In this document: in pieces, positions 49,842 through 61,700 of the stretch | Layout: each line of letters begins with the position of its first letter | Numbering within the stretch: the first letter of the stretch is position 1 | DNA from: Paraphysomonas bandaiensis | Taxonomy: Eukaryota > Protista > Chrysophyceae | Direction: 5' to 3' | NCBI GenBank assembly: GCA_965644295.1 | Contig: CBFFRP010000149.1 | Span: 124,001-188,000, forward strand | Length of the DNA stretch: 64,000 nucleotides | Notes under the pieces: model-generated | Seen by the model: the letters and a program-made list of their open reading frames with translations, nothing else | What the model was told of the DNA's origin: nothing | Databases searched by the model: none | Translations under genes and position numbers: made by a program

Positions 49842-51132
49842 ATGATGCTGATGTTCTGATGACACACTCATGATACTGTAAGACTGATGACACACTCATG
49901 ATGCTGATGTTCTGATGACACACTCATGATGCTGTAAGACTGATGACACACTCATGATGCTGATGTTCTGATGACACACTCATGATGCTGATGTTCTGAT
50001 GACACACTCATGATACTGTAAGACTGATGACACACTCATGATACTGTAAGACTGATGACACACTCATGATACTGTAAGACTGATGACACACTCATGATAC
50101 TGTAAGACTGATGACACACTCATGATGCTGTAAGACTGATGACACACTCATGATGCTGTAAGACTGATGACACACTCCTCATGATGCTGTAAGACTGATG
50201 ACACACTCATGATGCTGATGTTCTGATGACACACTCATGATACTGTAAGACTGATGACACACTCATGATGCTGATGCTCTGATGACACACTCATGATGCT
50301 GATGTTCTGATGACACACTCATGATACTGTAAGACTGATGACACACTCATGATGCTGATGTTCTGATGACACACTCATGATGCTGTAAGACTGATGACAC
50401 ACTCATGATGCTGATGTTCTGATGACACACTCATGATGCTGTAAGACTGATGACACACTCATGATACTGTAAGACTGATGACACACTCATGATACTGTAA
50501 GACTGATGACACACTCATGATGCTGTAAGACTGATGACACACTCATGATACTGTAAGACTGATGACACTCTCATGATGCTGATGTTCTGATGACACACTC
50601 ATGATACTGTAAGACTGATGACACACTCATGATACTGTAAGACTGATGACACACTCATGATGCTGATGTTCTGATGACACACTCATGATACTGTAAGACT
50701 GATGACACACTCATGATACTGTAAGACTGATGACACACTCATGATGCTGTAAGACTGATGACACACTCATGATGCTGATGTTCTGATGACACACTCATGA
50801 TACTGTAAGACTGATGACACACTCATGATGCTGATGTTCTGATGACACACTCATGATGCTGTAAGACTGATGACACACTCATGATACTGTAAGACTGATG
50901 ACACACTCATGATACTGTAAGACTGATGACACACTCATGATGCTGTAAGACTGATGACACACTCATGATGCTGTAAGACTGATGACACACTCATGATGCT
51001 GTAAGACTGATGACACACTCCTCATGATGCTGTAAGACTGATGACACACTCCTCATGATGCTGTAAGACTGATGACACACTCCTCATGATGCTGTAAGAC
51101 TGATGACACACTCATGATGCTGATGTTCTGAT
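49842..51132. repeat. 28-bp minisatellite array 3 (~46 units)
   Basis: Same unit as array 1. Confidence 0.95.
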
Positions 51133-51714
51133 TGATGCTGCTCTACAGTCCACTTCAATGATGCTGCTTTTAGAAGTTTGTTCCCTGAAAACCTCCTTTT
51201 TTTCCGTTGGACTAAAAATAGGGAGATTTATGCACCCCTGAAAGCCAATGCAGCAATCGAAGTCATTCATTCAGTGCTGAAGTGAAGGAAGATGAGCGCC
51301 ATCACTCCCAGCATATGAAGATCTCAAGATGTCCTGCGGATCATAGAGTGAGTTATACCCACAGCTTCATGGACCCTCCTCCCCATAACACTCACAGGGA
51401 CCATCGCTATATGCATACATGCTACAGATAGGCTAGATAGACATACACGTACATCTGTGTTATGTAGATATGTATATATGAGCTTATTGTTATGTTCGAG
51501 TGTTTGTTTTGATGCTCTGTAAGCCACTAATATATTGTGTGGTGCGAGATGGTATCTTAGACAGTCACAGTGTGTAATCAATGGATATAAGAACGACTAG
51601 GTTGAATACCAAAGTTGACTAGGTTGAGTCATTTATTATTTTGACTAGGTTATTCCACCAAAAATAGCGTGACTAGGTAATTCAACCAATTTGACTAGGT
51701 TGAATAATATTTCC
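51133..51714. repeat. MULE right-end unit, copy 3
   Basis: Offset +4085 from copy 1. Confidence 0.95.
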
Positions 51715-52081
51715 ATGATGCTGATGTTCTGATGACACACTCATGATACTGTAAGACTGATGACACACTCATGATGCTGATGTTCTGATGACACACTCAT
51801 GATGCTGTAAGACTGATGACACACTCATGATACTGTAAGACTGATGACACACTCATGATACTGTAAGACTGATGACACACTCATGATGCTGTAAGACTGA
51901 TGACACACTCATGATGCTGTAAGACTGATGACACACTCCTCATGATGCTGTAAGACTGATGACACACTCCTCATGATGCTGTAAGACTGATGACACACTC
52001 CTCATGATGCTGTAAGACTGATGACACACTCCTCATGATGCTGTAAGACTGATGACACACTCATGATGCTGATGTTCTGAT
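51715..52081. repeat. 28-bp minisatellite array 4 (13 units)
   Basis: Same unit as array 1. Confidence 0.95.
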
Positions 52082-52663
52082 TGATGCTGCTCTACAGTCC
52101 ACTTCAATGATGCTGCTTTTAGAAGTTTGTTCCCTGAAAACCTCCTTTTTTTCCGTTGGACTAAAAATAGGGAGATTTATGCACCCCTGAAAGCCAATGC
52201 AGCAATCGAAGTCATTCATTCAGTGCTGAAGTGAAGGAAGATGAGCGCCATCACTCCCAGCATATGAAGATCTCAAGATGTCCTGCGGATCATAGAGTGA
52301 GTTATACCCACAGCTTCATGGACCCTCCTCCCCATAACACTCACAGGGACCATCGCTATATGCATACATGCTACAGATAGGCTAGATAGACATACACGTA
52401 CATCTGTGTTATGTAGATATGTATATATGAGCTTATTGTTATGTTCGAGTGTTTGTTTTGATGCTCTGTAAGCCACTAATATATTGTGTGGTGCGAGATG
52501 GTATCTTAGACAGTCACAGTGTGTAATCAATGGATATAAGAACGACTAGGTTGAATACCAAAGTTGACTAGGTTGAGTCATTTATTATTTTGACTAGGTT
52601 ATTCCACCAAAAATAGCGTGACTAGGTAATTCAACCAATTTGACTAGGTTGAATAATATTTCC
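52082..52663. repeat. MULE right-end unit, copy 4
   Basis: Offset +5034 from copy 1. Confidence 0.95.
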
Positions 52664-53027
52664 ATGATGCTGATGTTCTGATGACACACTCATGATACTG
52701 TAAGACTGATGACACACTCATGATGCTGATGTTCTGATGACACACTCATGATGCTGTAAGACTGATGACACACTCATGATACTGTAAGACTGATGACACA
52801 CTCATGATACTGTAAGACTGATGACACACTCATGATGCTGTAAGACTGATGACACACTCATGATGCTGTAAGACTGATGACACACTCATGATGCTGTAAG
52901 ACTGATGACACACTCCTCATGATGCTGTAAGACTGATGACACACTCCTCATGATGCTGTAAGACTGATGACACACTCCTCATGATGCTGTAAGACTGATG
53001 ACACACTCATGATGCTGATGTTCTGAT
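52664..53027. repeat. 28-bp minisatellite array 5 (13 units)
   Basis: Same unit as array 1. Confidence 0.95.
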
Positions 53028-53610
53028 TGATGCTGCTCTACAGTCCACTTCAATGATGCTGCTTTTAGAAGTTTGTTCCCTGAAAACCTCCTTTTTTTCC
53101 GTTGGACTAAAAATAGGGAGATTTATGCACCCCTGAAAGCCAATGCAGCAATCGAAGTCATTCATTCAGTGCTGAAGTGAAGGAAGATGAGCGCCATCAC
53201 TCCCAGCATATGAAGATCTCAAGATGTCCTGCGGATCATAGAGTGAGTTATACCCACAGCTTCATGGACCCTCCTCCCCATAACACTCACAGGGACCATC
53301 GCTATATGCATACATGCTACAGATAGGCTAGATAGACATACACGTACATCTGTGTTATGTAGATATGTATATATGAGCTTATTGTTATGTTCGAGTGTTT
53401 GTTTTGATGCTCTGTAAGCCACTAATATATTGTGTGGTGCGAGATGGTATCTTAGACAGTCACAGTGTGTAATCAATGGATATAAGAACGACTAGGTTGA
53501 ATACCAAAGTTGACTAGGTTGAGTCATTTATTATTTTGACTAGGTTATTCCACCAAAAATAGCGTGACTAGGTAATTCAACCAATTTGACTAGGTTGAAT
53601 AATATTTTCC
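53028..53610. repeat. MULE right-end unit, copy 5 (true terminus)
   Basis: Ends AATATTTTCC and is followed by the TSD. Confidence 0.95.
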
Positions 53611-53728
53611 TGTATATTTTCTATTTTCAAGTTTAAGTTATTTGAAAAACCGTTTAGCGGTAACACCGAATACAAACAAATTTACATCGTCGACGGTACT
53701 CACAATAAAAACTAATTTTGCGACGCCG

Positions 53729-56700
53729 TCAATCACATTCATATAGTAGTTCTAACTCTTCGTCACTAGGACGAGTCCATGTGGACTCCTTTGTTTTTCG
53801 GTTGTAGTAGTATGGAGCGCTCGCCGAGTCGGTAGAGACTATACGCCATAAAGTTTTCTTCTTGCGTTTACTTTTTTTGGGGCCACTCTCACCACTGGAT
53901 ACTTGAACCGTAGGTAGAACCTGGCACACAATAACATTTAAGCATCTACAGCTTCCATAATGGGAAAACTCACAGTGCCATTCTTTGGTGGATCTAAGGA
54001 GCCTGAATTGTCCATACTGGAGCCACTTTCAGCGGGTTCGCCACTATGAAGATTGTGCCTTTTCAAAATAGAATCTGCTAGGGCGAGAGCGGCTGCAGCA
54101 TTCACTTTTCCTTCATCCTCGCATTCCTTCGGTGGCGACACAGCAAATGTACTACCAGCACAAATCGGAGGGCCCTCGTTATCTAAATGGCTTAATTCGC
54201 CTATTTCCGCATGGTCATGACTACTGGCACGACGGAGATGACCGGCAGCGGCTGCTGCAAATGAGCTGCGCGGAGCAATCTCGTTGTCACTATCGGATAC
54301 CTGACTTGGCGGTATATTCGTGCTCACAGCTGATAGAGCTAATCGTTGGGCTGCTTTCATAGCAAATAAACTTCTTCGCCTTACGGGCTTAGAGTCCTCC
54401 GCCTTTGAAGTCTCGTCAGCAACAACAGGGACAGACAAAGTTGAGGTTGCACACGATACGTCGCTAGATTTATCCAAACCTGATGTTGTTGAAACTTCAG
54501 ACACACACTCAGATTCTGAAAGAACCTCAGACGCGGAAGTCTCTACACAGCTACTTCCAATACAAACATCAGCACTTGCACATGTTGAGGCTTGCGAGGA
54601 ATCGCTAGAAATCAATTTCTTTCCCCTATCCACTGTCGAATCATCGTTGCATTCCTCATGGCTAGGTCCTGCCGACTTCCTCTCATCAGTGAAATTGTCC
54701 TCAACACCGATTGATGTGTTGTCTTGCAATATTTCAACAGGGCGGTCATGGATATCATTGTCTTCTGCGGTACAATTATTTTCATTTCCAGTTTCACTGT
54801 GGATAATCTCGCCATTGATATATGTCATATTCATTTCTTCTTCCATTGGCCGTTCCCATTGCGTTTCATCCGTAAGTCGATTGTGATAATAATACCGACC
54901 TGAAGCTGGGTCCTCTAGTATCTGCCATAATAGTCGTGGCTTATGAAGAGATTCACTTTCATCTGGGTATTCAATGCTGTCGTTTACGCCGCCTTTGCGA
55001 TGAACCTCACAGGTGATCTCTGAAACCTGAAATTAATGTAAGTAGACCTTACGACTCGTTCAAGCATATAACCTCATCACTCTCGTCATAGTCATTACCA
55101 CCATTGTACGTCGAAGGTTCATCATAACTGCATTCATGTTCACCGTCGTGATTGCTTTGATAGTAACTCTCATATGTGTCTTCTCCGTTGTACTCACTAC
55201 ATTGAGATTCATTTTTTCCTACATCATGATTTTGGCAGTGCTCAGACAAAGGGGAGATATCTAAATACTTCTGTGAACAATTTCCTCCACTTGAAGCGCA
55301 TTGATCGTGGTTTGACAAATCAAGTTGACCACTTGAGGAAGCTACAGATTCACCCGCTGTGTCATCCACAGGTGCAGCCGATACTCCATTGTGCTTGTTG
55401 AATATTTCATTCGCGCGAGCTATTGCCTCGGCAATATCAACACCTTCAACGGAACCAGACTCGGAAATTTTATCTTGTTGCTGCTTCTGTCGGACTGGAA
55501 TTGTGCTTGGCTTAGTTTTCACGGGAGGCCTTTTCTTAACGGTAGCCTTGCTTGTAATAGACTGCTTACTAATAGATTTACTCGCATGTCGTTGTTGCGT
55601 GGAATGGGATTTGCTTTGCTCGGACAACGGTAAAAAAGCTGAAGTGGGGGAATCTAACTTTTTCCGGGTCGCCACTTTCTTCCCATGAACTCCAGTCCAC
55701 TGACTATCGATATCAGAATGAGAATCTGACATAAGTGACTGTTCAGACGAAGGGCTAAATCGAGACTGTAAGTAATTCTTTATCAACGATGATGTCATAG
55801 TTCGACTTTCTCCTGTTGGTAGGCCAGTGTTCCCACTAGAAGTATTCTCTAGAGACTCCATCCCCAAATGACTAGACCGCAGGCTCTCTAGAAATCTCTG
55901 CGGAGAAAACATTGGCGAATTTACATCCATCTCAGAGTCATTTGAGGATGACTTGGTGCGGATGACATTCTTTCTTTTCGTATTAGCAGGAGGTGGAAGA
56001 CGAGGTTCTGGAGGTTTATTCGAGGAAGGTTTAGTCATCTCACCACGCACATTGGCCTTTATCGAATTATTGTTTGATTTTGAAGATTTGCTGGCTTCAA
56101 TGTCCCCACTTCGAGCGCTGTACAACGTAGAATTTTCTAATTCTTTCTCCAACTTCTTAATTTTCGCGACATCTTCCCTGTGCTGGTCTTTGAGCTGATC
56201 TATCATTTCAGATGATGCAGACAAATCATGTTGTAGCTGAGTGTTAGTCTATATATACTCCCTATTAAAAGTATGAAACATAGATGGCTACCGTGCACGT
56301 ACCTTTAGAAATATTTTTTTTGTTCTTTGGAGCTCATCCGCTTGAAGCAAGACGGATGCTTCCATCAAACAAACTCGGTGGTATATATCCTCGTTAATAC
56401 CATTTTTGGCACTATAATCCGCTGTGAGTGGAGTGCTCTGAGTCTGAAGCCATGAATGATACTGCTGCAGCCACATCCATCGCTCCTCCTGAAGAGCATC
56501 TGCTTCGTCCATCTCCTCTTTCCGTCTGTCAAGCTCTTCCCTCTGAGCCTTCAACACACGGCACTGCAGGCGAGATTTCGCATCGAAGGAATCGCATTGC
56601 TCATCGACTAAGGCAAGGCGTGCCGACAACACTTCACCAGATGGGGAGTGGTCAATATCAACTGAAAACTCATCATCTTCAAATACTGCTGCTAAAATGG

Positions 56701-58197
56701 CCCTTTTCTCCTCGCGAAGTATCCTAGCCTCTTCCTGAGAAGAATAGAGTCCTTTCATCAAGCGGGAATTTTCTTCTTTGAGATGCACAAGCTCTTCACT
56801 CACACATGCATCAAAATCCATATTGTCGCGTGTCTGACTCGACGCGGGATTTTCATTGGACGAAGATGATCCAAGCGTACCAATCTCTTTCGCGAGCGAC
56901 GAAAGGTCAATGCTTCCGCCACACTTCTGGAGAACTACCTGAAGAAGAGACTTCAAACGAGTAATTTCCTGTTGACAGCGTTCAATTTCCGCCCCAGAGG
57001 AGCCGTACGCTGACACAGTATTTGCACTGGCCACCACTTGTACTTTCATTGCCCTATCTGCAAACTGAAGAGTAGAAGTAGTCTCTTCGATGCACGAAAT
57101 CGATGGTGAAATCGTGACAATAAATAGTGTCTGAGTGTTCCCACCGAGACTGTCTTGAAGAAGCCGGGTTAGTTTGGAGTCTCTATAAGGAATGTGGGCT
57201 CGACTAGGCTTGAGTAAGGCCGATATACAATTACCGAGAGCTGAAAGGGAGCGGTTGATAGAAGTGAGCTCCTTAATCCTAGCTTCAGAAAAGGTTGCCA
57301 TCTGATGACTTTTCCATTTCTCAGATCCTGCTAAATCTACGAGACATATTTTCGACCGACGTAGCTCCCTACCACTTTCAATTAACATGTAAACTATGAA
57401 CACTGTGTGGGATCTAGACGAATGATCGTTCATGTCTGTTGCAGCAACGCTGCGGCACTTTGCTCCATCCCAGAGCACCTGCAAAACTTCATCTACAGTG
57501 GTCACAGACACTCTTGTTAACCCTGGAACAACAATTTCTCCTTTCTTATTTTCCCGTATTTCTAAGTTTTTATTTGCATCCTGCGAGTCCAAGAGATCAA
57601 TTATTTTAATGTCGTTATACAACTCCACATACGACACAGAGATACTAAAGCTTCCTCCCATTTTGTTCAGATTTCCAAAGAGCCATTGCATTGATCGTGG
57701 AACAATTCCCATATACATAGAATCACGAGATATGTCTGTTAACGACTTTTCCATACATGCCGAGTCAGTAGCCATCTCCCAAAGATCATACCCAAGCATC
57801 GTAAACGTTTTTCCCTATAATAAATAAATCAACTAGATATCGAAATTGTAAATACAGAGCACAAAAAATTGAACTAACCGTTCCAGTTTGTCCATCTGTT
57901 TAACAGGTTAAACATGTCAGTTAAAGTAATATTAAATAACATACATGTAAACACTGTACAGTTATATCCTTGTACAGAGCTCTCTAGTAGAGGTATTATA
58001 CTTTCAAACACCTCTTCTTGTGAAGCTTCTTCAGTTAAAACAGCATCTAGAATAAATTTCCGTCCATAGCTTGATCCTGAATGACTTTCTACTTGAATAC
58101 ATTGACCTTTACTACTAATAGCCATTTCATCATTTCGAGAGATTTCTTTTGAGTTTAATGGCCTAATTCGTGCTAAAACTTTAATTCTATCATGCAT
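53729..58197 (-). CDS. N-terminal-motor kinesin with coiled coil, long disordered tail and two WW domains
   Basis: IKVLARIRP, GYNCTVFTY|GQTGT|GKTFTM, NDHSSRSH, LVDLAGSE and HIPYRDSKLTRLLQDSLGGN. WW domains LWQILEDPASGRYYYHNRLTDETQWERP and LWRIVSTDSASAPYYYNRKTKESTWTRP, joined in frame by GT-AG introns. Confidence 0.88.
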
Positions 58198-58745
58198 TTT
58201 GAACTTTCCTATAGCTCACTTATATATTGGATCCTATTTCAGTAGTTATAAGGCATATTACACCACTTAGTATACATCAGCCATACTCAATTGTGTGTTT
58301 AAGAATTGATTCCATGCAATATATGGAACAAACAGCTCTTTGTATACATTTTTTAAGGTAAAATTACTATATATTCGAATTTTTTGTTAGTTTTTTGTGT
58401 TTTTTATGCTAAATATATAAATAAAATAGGCATCTGGTGATAAATTATGCCCCTTTCAAATATAAAAGCAACTTTTATATATCATAAACTCTAAAAGTTC
58501 TACTTTTGTAAGAAAAGACATACAGCTGTACTGCTGGTCCTGTCGAAATTGAGAAGTGAAAATGAAGTGTAAAAATCAAGACCTGTGATTCGATAATATC
58601 TCACTTCTTTGAACTTCATGATATATCAGTGAAGTATATGTATATTCATAGTGAACTCTGTAATGAATCATAATAATAATCAAATCATAAGACATTCATT
58701 TCATTCTATCAGAGATACAAGATTGCTTTTGTTCAGGTTGAAAAC

Positions 58746-61700
58746 ATGGATTTATCATCATCCCCTATTGAGAGTATTCGTCATTGGGCGACGGATCGTA
58801 TGCGTAAACGCTGTTTTGAGTTTAATGAAGGAAGTATGGAGGATAAGGAGCATTTAGGACTAAAAGGTTAGGAAATCATGTTCTATACAATAGTAGTAAG
58901 TAACAGAGTTGTATTCAGGGGCTAGTTTATGTGAATTATCAAAGTAAGATACACTGTATTTGTAATATATTTGATATGGCTTAAAGACTTGGTCTTCCTG
59001 TTCCTCCGGGCTTTGTTATATCCTCAGGTAAGATGATTCTTTAGATTACATTCATCCGTTCTTTTCTTCTTATGATTATTAGAAACTTGCGTGGATTTCT
59101 TCAAGGGTAGCTCGGATATGCCTGCTCACTTGATGGATAGCTGTCAGTCCAGCATTAAAAATTTAGAGCGCAAGACAGGAAAGATATTTGGCCTTCATAC
59201 ATCGCCGAAGGAGTCAATGCCACTATTACTATCGATTCGGTCCGGCGCAGCAGTCGACATGCCGAGGTTCGTTCACGTTGCGAAACTCAATGGCTCGTAA
59301 CTATTAAGTTTCAGCATGATGGACTCTGTATTAAATGTGGGTATTAATGAAGAGATTGCCCAGAAAATAGCAGATATTACCGGAAATCCAAGATTTGCCC
59401 TGGATGTTCACCGACGCTTCCTGCAGCAATATGGAACGGTCGTCCTCAAGGTGCCCAAGAGCTGCTATGCTGACATTTTAAGCGAGGCAAAAGCCCATGA
59501 CGGGGTTGCATCCGACTGCGATTTGTCTTACCCTGCGCTGCAAAAAGTAGTCGACGGATTTCTAAAGGTCGCGGATGTTCCCAATGATCCAATGGAGCAG
59601 TTCCGCAGAACTGTCGAGGCAATATTTTGTTCGTGGTACTCTCCTAGGTATTTTCATTACCCCGTAATTGCTATGACCTTATATCTTAAAAGAGCTGTAA
59701 AATATCGCGAGGTCCACAATATTGATGACGTATTTGGTACTGCAGTAGTTGTCCAGGTATGTAGTCAGTTATATGTATTGTTGATGTTAAGCAGAGTAAT
59801 GCTTAGAGTATGGTATTCGGAAATCTCAACTCAGAATCGTGCACGGGACGAGTCTTCACTCGTGACCCAAACACCGGTGCTGACCATATTTACGGTACAG
59901 TACTTCCTTCCAATTACTGTGATGAAGTCCAACATTCCGGTGGTGAAAATTTCAGGGGAATTCGTTTGCCAAGCTGAGGGAGACGATGTGTCAGAAGGCA
60001 TGGAGCAACAGCCTAAAAAAATTGAAGTATGATTTGAGTGATACTGTATGACTTAATGTAAAATGTAATTCATTATATAGGATATGAATTCTTGTATGCC
60101 GGAGGTCTATCGCGAGCTTCTTCGAACCACCAGTGTTATCGAGCAATTTTTTGGTGACGCACAGGTGATAGTACTTTACAAGAGCGCTACTTTAATGTCA
60201 TAGCTTCGTTTGATGTATCATTAAGAATAATTCAACTTTTGTTTACTTGATAGGAAATCGAATTTACAGTGCAGAGCGGCGATTTATTCATCCTGGAGAC
60301 AATTAATGCCCGACGTTCACCTGAAGTATGTGGAGTGTCTCATATTCATTTATCTGTACGTAACTATTTGCTACAGGCTAATGTGAGGATAGCGGTTGAC
60401 ATGGTCAGGAGTCTTCAATTAACGGTAGAGTATATATGTTTTTGTTAACTGTACAGTAATATTACATTGTAGGAGCGAGAAGCTATTTTGCGTGTAGACC
60501 CAAAAATGGTGCAGTGCTGCGTTTACTCAGTCACAAGATATAACTCTGTCTGCTGTTGGTAGATGACGTACTTTATGCACCCGAAAATTGATCCTCAACA
60601 AGGTAGGAATATTGCATGATACTCTTTAGTATTTTCTTAGCCTTCTTATCTTTAGATACTTACGAAGAATTAGTTCTCGGTTACGGTTTTCCTACTACAT
60701 CAGGCGCAGTGACTGGTCTTGCAGTGTTTACGGAAACAGATGTCATTCGACTAACTGGCGAGGGCAAGCCCGTTATCCTGGTATTAATACTGTTGTTCTG
60801 CACTCTACGGAATGATCAATACTCAGATTCGTAATGAGTCCTCTCCAGACGATATTTCAGGTATTAACTTGGCGAGCGGCGTCCTTACTCTTCACGGAGG
60901 TACGATCAATTTATACCACGGTGTAGAATCTTTGCCTAATCTATTTCCAATGGGTAGGAGTGACAAGTGCAGCTCCAGAACTTGCGAGATCTATGGATAA
61001 GACAGCTATTACTGGTTTGCTTCCATGTTTCTGGTGCCATGACTCACACAGTTACACAGGTGCCGCAAGTAGTGGTTTGGAGCTTGATCTCCAAAACGAG
61101 TGTGTGTACAATGACTCAGGAAATATATGCATTCGAAAGGAAGAGGTCAGATGAGAAATCGATGTCACGCAACATGACGCTATGATTTCAGGAAATAACC
61201 TTGGATGGAGCCACTGGGAGAATTTTGAAAGGCGATATTGCAATGATACCGACAGGTGTCAATTTGCGTGCATTCCTCTCTGTCTTATTGCTGCTAGTAA
61301 GTCATACTTTCTCAGGTGCCAAAGCTGCTTTCAAGACTCTATTAAGCTGGTCTGATCAGTACCGCAAGTGGGGTATGGTACTTTCAATAGTGCTATAGTG
61401 AAATATTTTTCAGAATGTCCGTCTTCGCCACGGTTAGCTCCATTTCTGATGCTTTCAGAGTAAGCTACCTTTTCATACTTCTGAGCATTTGACTTGTTGC
61501 ATAGGCCATTGAGTTGCGACCCGACGGAGTGGGACTATGCCAGTTGATCATGCTCATTATGTTGTGTTCTGTTTGAATTGTTTGCTAGGACGGAGACAAT
61601 GCTTCAAAAATCTAATTGTCGAGACTTGATGAGTACTTTTCTTCTTTCTTCCTCGGAGTTAGTTCCATTTTGCGTTCAGTGTACACATCTCTTGATTATA

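Larger units (their letters stand above)
42204..53610 (-). mobile_element. Non-autonomous MULE/Mutator-like element, 11.4 kb, expanded by satellite and tandem end copies
   Basis: 9-bp TSD TGTATATTT (42195-42203 and 53611-53619). Long imperfect TIRs beginning GG..TATTATTCAACCTAGTCAAA with repeated GACTAGGT motifs. SWIM-finger transposase fragment inside. Confidence 0.9.

Noticed and set aside
43361-53027. CRISPR-like repeat/spacer appearance
   Set aside because: The variable parts are only 9 nt, come in four recurring versions, and there are no cas genes. The context is eukaryotic. It is a minisatellite.
47239-53476. Five identical 85-aa ORFs (MITHCDCL...)
   Set aside because: Non-ATG start and no recognisable motif. 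They are a by-product of the repeated MULE end.
54320-54886. Long plus-strand ORFs opposite the kinesin tail (also 55359-55688, 57432-57827)
   Set aside because: Antisense shadows of a clear minus-strand gene.
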